A stretch of DNA of 64,000 nt, taken from an uncultured Gammaproteobacteria bacterium (GTDB lineage Bacteria > Patescibacteriota > Microgenomatia > Levybacterales > UBA12049). The stretch spans positions 1,505,887-1,569,886 of the forward strand of contig OZ246394.1 in the NCBI GenBank assembly GCA_965230895.1. Reading direction: 5' to 3'. Under the pieces are notes generated by a model. It was given only the letters and a program-made list of their open reading frames with translations. It searched no databases and had not been told where the DNA came from. This document shows, piece by piece, positions 57,864-64,000 of the stretch. The stretch's first letter is position 1. Every line of letters starts with the position of its first letter. The position numbers were made by a program, and so were the translations under genes.

Positions 57864-60827
57864 TTATTGACAGACATATCCAGACCCATTCGATGGATTT
57901 ATCATACAAACAAGACCAGCATCACAAAGATTATTGCTTGGAACACATGGTTGTCCACGTTGTATCTTTGGAACTGCAACACAACTTCTCTTATTGGTTG
58001 TTGGATTGAGAGAACAAGATTGTCCAGCAGGGCAACTGGTTCCACCGTATGGATAGACAACGCAAGTATCGCCACCTCCGGTACTAGGAATTGCAACGCA
58101 AGTTCTCTTGTTTGTGGTTGGATTGAGAGAGCAAGATTGTCCAGCAGGGCAGCTTGTGCCGCCATACGGATAAACAACACAAGTATTGCCTCCAGTTCCG
58201 CCACCGCCGCCACCTGAACCAGGATTTGGATTAACTGGAGGAGCTGGTTTTGCTACACAGGACAATCCATCTGGAGCTGGCTGCTGACTTGAAGATGTAC
58301 ATTCTGAACACTTATTATCAGGAGTCATCGTCTTGCATCCTTGAATCTGTCTTACACAGAGTGTTTTATCAGCATTTGGGACGAAGCCTGCCTGGTCACA
58401 GGTACATGCCGTCGCACCTTGTTTTACTGTGGCTCCTTTTGGACAAACTTTGCAAATACCTCTTGCAGCTCCACCAGCAGGAGGGAGATATTCTTGACGA
58501 TCCTTACTGGTGCAATATAGTGATCTAAATTCACCATCAGGGTATGGTTGTGTTGGGGCGTTACATTCTCCAGCTGGTGGGAGACATTTTCCTGAGTTTG
58601 GACCATCACCAAAGCAGTAACTAAATCCGTTCTGTGCATCTTCAGGTTTACATTGTCCATTATATCCTTGTGGGTTTGGGGTATTTGGATTTGGTGCAGT
58701 ACCACCACCACCGCCGCCTGATCCGCCACCACTTACAGGTGGTGGAAGCTGTCCTCCCTGAGTAGCTGTTGGTGGGTTACCACCACCGCCGCCACCTCCG
58801 ACTGGAGGTACAGTAGATACTTGTGGACTTCCACCACCGCCACCACCAACAGGTGGGACTGTGGAAACGCCAGGGGAGGTACCAGGATTAGGATTATTTG
58901 ATGGTACGATTGATGCTCCAGGAGAAGCGCTGACACTTGGAACGAGTGTTGCCGTTGGATTTGTCGTAGGATTTGGATTTACTCCTGGTGTCCCACCTCC
59001 TGGAACAGGAGTTGGGTTTCCTGGTGAACCGATTGGTGGATTGATCAAGCAAGGTGTTTGAATACCAATAATTCTAAATATTAACTCGATAAGCCTAAAA
59101 ATAAATTCAAAGAATCTGTCTAAGAAACCTTGTACATTTGTATCATTCTTTACGTGAGCTTTGATTCTCTCTTGTTGTCCGCCTGATTTGTATGATCTGT
59201 TGTACGTCATTTGATTAAGACTTCTACATGGGGTAGATCCACCACCACCGCCGCCACCAATAGGCCCGCTTGAGATTGTTGGTTGTACAGTTGTGCCTGG
59301 GTTTATTGTCGGTTGTGTATTTGATGGTGCTATTGTTCCTGGACCGACGCTAATTGTTGGCGAGATAAAGATCGTCGGTGCGCTTGATGGGGTAGGCGGG
59401 CATACGTTTCCAGTCCCAGATCCACCACAAACATAGGTAGGAGTTACTGTGGTAGGTGCAGTTGTTGTAGGAGTAACTGTCGATGCTCCTACAGCCTTTG
59501 CCGCATTAACTCTTCCTTGTGTCCAATATTGTCCAGTTCCAGTAATCTTATCAGCAGTAGAATAGAGCTTGTTTGTGACATCACTTGCTGATGCATTTGG
59601 ATTTGCAGCTTTTATCAACGCGACGACACCGACAACCATCGGTGTTGCCATGGATGTACCACTTTTGTAAGCATACTTACTTCCAGGAACCGTTGAGACA
59701 ATATTGGTTCCAGGGGCTGTTACTTCTACATGTGTTCCATAATTAGAAAATGTTGATTTTACATCTTTATTGTCAGTGGATCCAACAGTGATGACGCCAT
59801 CATTTGCGCCAGGGTATGAGATTTGATTTTGTGCTGTACAACCATTTGAGGAAAAGTTTGTGCCACCGCAATTTCCTGCAGCTGCGACAACAATTGCACC
59901 TTTTTGCGTGGCATAATTAATTGCGGTTTGATATGTGGTTTTACTTGATGCCTGTACAGATCCCAAACTTAAATTAATTACCTGAGCGCCTTGATCTGCA
60001 GCCCAAGTAATACCAGATGCGATGTTTGATGTTGAACCACTACCGGTATCATCCATAACTTTACCGATAATTAGTTGACAATCAGGGCATGTACCTGCGA
60101 CACCAGCACTATTATTTGTTGTAGCGGCGATAATACCTGCGACGTGTGTGCCATGACCGAAACTATCTTCAACAGTAGTCGTTGTAAAAAATTTTGAGGC
60201 AATAACTTTTCCACTTAAATCTGGATGATTCGTCTGAATACCAGTATCAAGAATAGCTACTTTAATACCATTTCCTCGAGTTACATCCCATGCAGCTTCA
60301 GCTTTGACATCTGCATTTGCCGTTCCAGTAATATTCTGAATTGCTTGTCCAATATTTTTTAAGCCATACTGCAGGTTGTAATTTGTATCGTTCGGAGTAT
60401 ACATAATATGGTTGGTGGTATCTTGTTCTGCGGACTGGACATATGGATCATTTCGAAGACGTTCCATAATTGCATCCTCTTGCCCTGCAGGAACTTTTAA
60501 TACTTTTGTATTAATCCCTTCAATTGTGTTGATAATGCTTGCGTCATATTGCTTAAGCCGTTCATTTATTTGCGCATCGGTATATTCTGGCTTGAATTGA
60601 ACAATGATTTGGCCTTCAATTTCTTTATCAGGTTGTACAGACGGCCACATGTTTTCTGATGTCTCAGGTGTCACTTGTTGCGCGGGAGATGGAGTTGGTT
60701 CAGGTGCTGGTTGTCTTGATTGATTTACTTCTAAGAAAAGAAATGCAAAACTGGCGAGGAGTATGACAGCAATCCCTATAATTACGGATTTACGCGACAA
60801 AAGACGCTGCAGATTATTATTCTCCAT
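57864..60827 (-). CDS. Secreted subtilisin-like serine protease (S8). It has a propeptide, long Pro/Gly/Thr linkers, an internal amphipathic module and three C-terminal Cys-rich repeats.
   Basis: Catalytic triad contexts VAILDTGI (Asp), HGTHVAGI (His), GTSMATPMV (Ser). I9-like prodomain. Internal FLDRFFEFIFRLIELIFRII module. 3x CVVYPYGGTSCPAGQSCSLNPTTNKR(T/S)CVA. Confidence 0.85.
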   Translation of the reverse strand: MENNNLQRLLSRKSVIIGIAVILLASFAFLFLEVNQSRQPAPEPTPSPAQQVTPETSENMWPSVQPDKEIEGQIIVQFKPEYTDAQINERLKQYDASIINTIEGINTKVLKVPAGQEDAIMERLRNDPYVQSAEQDTTNHIMYTPNDTNYNLQYGLKNIGQAIQNITGTANADVKAEAAWDVTRGNGIKVAILDTGIQTNHPDLSGKVIASKFFTTTTVEDSFGHGTHVAGIIAATTNNSAGVAGTCPDCQLIIGKVMDDTGSGSTSNIASGITWAADQGAQVINLSLGSVQASSKTTYQTAINYATQKGAIVVAAAGNCGGTNFSSNGCTAQNQISYPGANDGVITVGSTDNKDVKSTFSNYGTHVEVTAPGTNIVSTVPGSKYAYKSGTSMATPMVVGVVALIKAANPNASASDVTNKLYSTADKITGTGQYWTQGRVNAAKAVGASTVTPTTTAPTTVTPTYVCGGSGTGNVCPPTPSSAPTIFISPTISVGPGTIAPSNTQPTINPGTTVQPTISSGPIGGGGGGGSTPCRSLNQMTYNRSYKSGGQQERIKAHVKNDTNVQGFLDRFFEFIFRLIELIFRIIGIQTPCLINPPIGSPGNPTPVPGGGTPGVNPNPTTNPTATLVPSVSASPGASIVPSNNPNPGTSPGVSTVPPVGGGGGGSPQVSTVPPVGGGGGGGNPPTATQGGQLPPPVSGGGSGGGGGGTAPNPNTPNPQGYNGQCKPEDAQNGFSYCFGDGPNSGKCLPPAGECNAPTQPYPDGEFRSLYCTSKDRQEYLPPAGGAARGICKVCPKGATVKQGATACTCDQAGFVPNADKTLCVRQIQGCKTMTPDNKCSECTSSSQQPAPDGLSCVAKPAPPVNPNPGSGGGGGGTGGNTCVVYPYGGTSCPAGQSCSLNPTTNKRTCVAIPSTGGGDTCVVYPYGGTSCPAGQSCSLNPTTNKRSCVAVPKIQRGQPCVPSNNLCDAGLVCMINPSNGSGYVCQ
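57990..58200. repeat. Two ~105-nt near-identical tandem DNA repeats encoding the C-terminal Cys-rich units of the subtilisin
   Basis: ggattgagagaacaagattgtccagcagggcaactggttccaccgtatggatagacaacgcaagtatcgccacc matches ggattgagagagcaagattgtccagcagggcagcttgtgccgccatacggataaacaacacaagtattgcc. Confidence 0.6.
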
Positions 60828-60972
60828 ACATTAACAGTAAAAGAATCGGATGAGGCTGTCAATAAGGAGATCTCTATTGAAAAACCAGAATTAGATGAAA
60901 CATCAACTATAAGTCATTATTGTTGCAATTAAAGCTTTCTATGTTATAATACTATAGACCTAAAAATAGGTT

Positions 60973-62844
60973 GTGAGATTCATGGGAAAACTAAAGAATA
61001 TTACGAAAAAAGTTTGGTCTCTTCGAAAGGACACTCTGTACCAGAATTCGATCTTTATGATGGCAAGTACAGCTATCGTTTCAGCAAGCGGATTTTTCTT
61101 CTGGTTAATTGTGGCAAAAATGTATCAAGATGCTCAAGTAGGTCTTGCAACAGCCATTATATCTGCAGCTACATTTATTATGAACATTAGTGTTCTGGGT
61201 CTAAATTACAGTATCATCAGATTTCTTGCAAAGGAAAAGGAACCGAACCAGTTGTTAAGTAATACATTTAGTATTATTGCTGCAGCTGCAGCAGTTGTCG
61301 CAGGTGGTTTTTTATTATTACTTTCATATCTATCTCCAAGTCTGCTTTTTCTTCGAGAAGGAATTGGGGGATGGGCATTCCTTTTATTGACAATCCTTAT
61401 TTCTCTCGATTTCTTTACTGAAAGTATCTTTATCGCGTTACGAGCAGGGAAGTATATCTTTATTAAAAATGTTATTGTTTCTTTAAGTAAGTTAGCATTG
61501 CCTGCAGCTTTTGTAGGATTTGGTGCTGTCGGTATATTTATGGGTTGGGCGTTGGCATTATCAAGTGCACTCTTCGTAAGTATTTTTGTATTGATAAGAA
61601 AGTTTGGTTTCCGTTTTGCTCCAAAGTTCCAAAAGAAAAAATTAAAAGATATGTTCCAATTTTCGAGTATTAACTTTATTGTCGGACTCTTGGGAATTGC
61701 ACCAGGACTTGTTTTACCATTGATGATCACAAATACTGTTAATCCTGAAACCGCTGCGTATTTTTATGTTTCGTATATGATTGCAAACTTGTTGTACACA
61801 GTGCCATATGCAACGACACAATCGTTGTTTGCAGAAGGTTCATATAGTGAAAAGAACTTTTGGTTTAATGTGAGAAAAGCCCTCAAGTTTATTGCAATGC
61901 TATTAATTCCAGGAATTATTATTTTAAGTCTTTTGGGAGGATTTGTATTACAGTTTTTTGGCAAGAGCTATTCAGAAGAAGGTGTAAGATTCTTGCAACT
62001 TCTTGCTGTTGCTGGAATCCCTGTTTCGCTTAATTATCTTGGGTTAACAATTCTTAATGTACAGCGAAAAATGAAAGCGCTCTTTACTATTAATATTATT
62101 GGTACAGTAACGATTATTGGATTAAGTTATCTTTGGAGTAATTATGCACTTACAGGAATCGGTTTTGCATGGTTGATTGGACATATTGTCAAAAATTTCT
62201 TATATGCAGGCTATATCGGAATTGTTATGCGGAAAAAACAAATTATTACTTCACTCATCAATGCATATATTAAATCAAAATATATAACTGCGCGTTTGCG
62301 ATCAGTACAACTTGGTGGGAACTTCTCTAACTGGAGTAAAAACGTTTATATTATGCCTGATTGTAAATTTGAAAATGTCCGAAATATGAATTTTGGTAAA
62401 TACATTTTCATTAATCATGACGTAACGTTTTCAACACCGCATGGAATGAAGCTTGGTAATTTCGTCATGGTGGGTCCTCACGTCCTTTTTGCAACTGTTC
62501 ATCACGGTTTGGATGATTGGAAATCACCAATGATCTTTCAGGAAGCATCAGAAAAGGAAATTGTTATTGAAGATGATGTATGGATTGGTGCAAAAGCAAC
62601 AATTCTTGGTGGAGTTACAATCGGTCGGGGAGCAGTAATCGCGGCTGGATCTGTTGTTACAAAAGATGTTGAACCATATGCAATTGTCGGTGGGGTTCCT
62701 GCAAAAATTATCCGATATCGATTTGATGCCAAAACAAAAACAAAAGCAAAAAAGTTATCATTCGAACAATTACTCGCTTCAAAAAAAGCAGGATTATGGG
62801 CATTTATTATTCAGCTTTTTAGCTCTGCCATTGTACTATTCTAA
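60973..62844 (+). CDS. Fusion protein: Wzx-like polysaccharide flippase (multipass) fused to a C-terminal left-handed beta-helix O-acetyltransferase
   Basis: About 12 TM helices with Wzx/MATE-like topology over about 420 aa. Then hexapeptide repeats [51 protein letters not shown] (maltose/galactoside acetyltransferase-like). Confidence 0.65.
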   Translation: MRFMGKLKNITKKVWSLRKDTLYQNSIFMMASTAIVSASGFFFWLIVAKMYQDAQVGLATAIISAATFIMNISVLGLNYSIIRFLAKEKEPNQLLSNTFSIIAAAAAVVAGGFLLLLSYLSPSLLFLREGIGGWAFLLLTILISLDFFTESIFIALRAGKYIFIKNVIVSLSKLALPAAFVGFGAVGIFMGWALALSSALFVSIFVLIRKFGFRFAPKFQKKKLKDMFQFSSINFIVGLLGIAPGLVLPLMITNTVNPETAAYFYVSYMIANLLYTVPYATTQSLFAEGSYSEKNFWFNVRKALKFIAMLLIPGIIILSLLGGFVLQFFGKSYSEEGVRFLQLLAVAGIPVSLNYLGLTILNVQRKMKALFTINIIGTVTIIGLSYLWSNYALTGIGFAWLIGHIVKNFLYAGYIGIVMRKKQIITSLINAYIKSKYITARLRSVQLGGNFSNWSKNVYIMPDCKFENVRNMNFGKYIFINHDVTFSTPHGMKLGNFVMVGPHVLFATVHHGLDDWKSPMIFQEASEKEIVIEDDVWIGAKATILGGVTIGRGAVIAAGSVVTKDVEPYAIVGGVPAKIIRYRFDAKTKTKAKKLSFEQLLASKKAGLWAFIIQLFSSAIVLF

Positions 62845-62877
62845 TTCTATATATTATGATAGAACTGTACGCTGCCT

Positions 62878-63318
62878 ATGCTAAAACCGCAAAATAAAAA
62901 AGCTTATAACGCTGGGTTATTACAAGGGAAAGCTTATCGAATTCTCACCATTCAACTCACATCAGTTCTTTCACCTTTTTCTATATCAGTTCCTGAGTGG
63001 AAGTTGTTGGGACAATTGCATGATCATGGAAGCATGAAGTTAGCAAAACTTGCAAATCTTCTGAATGTCGAGGCGCCTTTAGTGACATCACTTGTTGATA
63101 GTCTGGAAAAAAAGAAACTTGTCAAACGGACAAATGATAAAGAAGATAAAAGAGCAAAAGTTATTGAAGTAACGAAAAAAGGAACCGATTTAGTAGAAAA
63201 GTTGGAGCCAGAAGTAAAAGCAGCAATGAGACATTTATTACGAGGTGTTGAAAGGAATGATTTTGAAGGCTACATCCGCGTATTAGAACTCATCGTTAAG
63301 AATAGCTCTTCCTCTTGA
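62878..63318 (+). CDS. MarR-family transcriptional regulator
   Basis: Winged-helix pattern SVPEWKLLGQLHDHGSMKLAKLANLLNVEAPLVTSLVDSLEKKKLVKR..DKRAKVIEVTKKG. Confidence 0.8.
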   Translation: MLKPQNKKAYNAGLLQGKAYRILTIQLTSVLSPFSISVPEWKLLGQLHDHGSMKLAKLANLLNVEAPLVTSLVDSLEKKKLVKRTNDKEDKRAKVIEVTKKGTDLVEKLEPEVKAAMRHLLRGVERNDFEGYIRVLELIVKNSSSS

Positions 63319-63359
63319 CTTCTCAGGCTAAATTAACGATACTTAAGCACATTTATTTT

Positions 63360-64000
63360 ATGCAACATTATTCAAATTTTATAAAAGGTTTTACTCTTTT
63401 TGTTGGGGGAATTATCGCATTCTCTTTGGGACTTTCTGCAGGATATCTCGTATTTCATCCAGATGTTCTTTTCGGTTCGACATCTGCGCAGTCACAACAG
63501 ATTGTTACACCTGTTCCTTCAACAACAAAAATTGATAAAGCAGTTGCATTTCGCTTAGATTTACAACAACGTGAAGAAGAATTTATTGCTTTATTATTAC
63601 AGTTATCTCGATCAACCTATGATGGATCGGCAGACATTAGTGCATTAACTATGCAAGTAACTGCGAGTATAAATGAGCGATCTGAGATCTATGGAGAATA
63701 TTACGGTAAAGACACAGAAATAGCATATAAAAAATTACAGGAGTCGATGATGAATGACATTCTGATTTATACAAATGCTGTAAAAAGAAATAATAAAGTT
63801 AGTATGGAAAGCAGTACCAAACGATTACTGACAACGAGTGCTTCTGAGTCAGCAATGTTTAAAAAGGCAAACAAAGATTTTCCTGAAAATGGTCTCCAAA
63901 AGCTCTCATTGGATACAGCAACATTGCTAAAAGCGTCAATAGATGCATATGCAAGTCAAAATTATCCACTCGCTTACAGTAAACAGCGTGAAGCGTTCGC
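63360..64000 (+). CDS. 3'-truncated hypothetical membrane-anchored protein (runs off the window end)
   Basis: ATG at 63360, then an open frame to nt 64000 with no stop. One N-terminal TM (FTLFVGGIIAFSLGLSAGYLVF). Absent from the ORF track because no stop lies within the window. Confidence 0.4.
   Translation, partial: MQHYSNFIKGFTLFVGGIIAFSLGLSAGYLVFHPDVLFGSTSAQSQQIVTPVPSTTKIDKAVAFRLDLQQREEEFIALLLQLSRSTYDGSADISALTMQVTASINERSEIYGEYYGKDTEIAYKKLQESMMNDILIYTNAVKRNNKVSMESSTKRLLTTSASESAMFKKANKDFPENGLQKLSLDTATLLKASIDAYASQNYPLAYSKQREAF

Noticed and set aside
1-64000. Alternative genetic code (UGA recoding, as in some CPR lineages)
   Set aside because: Long housekeeping ORFs (glmS, guaA, P-type ATPase, 2709-aa protein) are intact under the standard code.

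Overview
The window looks like a low-GC (~40%), Shine-Dalgarno-poor, surface-protein-rich bacterial genome. It is probably a reduced-genome Gram-positive-like or CPR/Patescibacteria-like lineage (inference). Long ORFs are intact under the standard code, so there is no UGA recoding.

The core backbone is easy to recognise:
- mreB
- an rplK-rplA / rplJ-rplL ribosomal cluster with nusG and secE
- glmS and galU
- guaA
- a P2-type Ca-ATPase
- a histidine kinase
- MarR
- an FMN reductase

The rest is dominated by cell-envelope and exoprotein genes:
- Giant adhesin: a 2709-aa M23-peptidase protein carrying four ~1-kb tandem DUF2341-like + LamG-like modules. It is preceded by a 5'-truncated repeat protein.
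- Anchoring and glycan genes: a sortase, a PEGA/TolB-like protein, and a glycosyltransferase / WecG / DUF218 cluster split by a 900-bp AT-rich non-coding island.
- Repeated exoprotein cassette: a threefold array of [fasciclin-domain protein + Cys-rich secreted protein], placed directly after rplJL and next to an excisionase-family HTH gene. A fourth fasciclin gene follows a large subtilisin.
- Split ribosomal operon: rplKA and rplJL are separated by a 5.4-kb insertion. It encodes a cytidylyltransferase-like protein and two large secreted enzymes, one pectate-lyase-like beta-helix and one concanavalin/polysaccharide-lyase-like.
- Shared internal module: these two enzymes and the distant subtilisin carry the same internal segment. 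It is a basic KKYKRNRGGG stretch, then an amphipathic helix (FIERFMRFLIWLIEYILRGG), then a Pro/Gly/Thr linker. This may be an undescribed sorting or processing signal.

Smaller items:
- A tRNA-Arg(CCU) missed by the ORF track.
- A 42-aa Lys-rich CxxC small ORF beside the Ca-ATPase.
- A Wzx-flippase-acetyltransferase fusion.
- Unusual N-terminal extensions on L1 and NusG.
- Several diverged DNA repeats inside genes.

No CRISPR array, transposase or integrase was seen.
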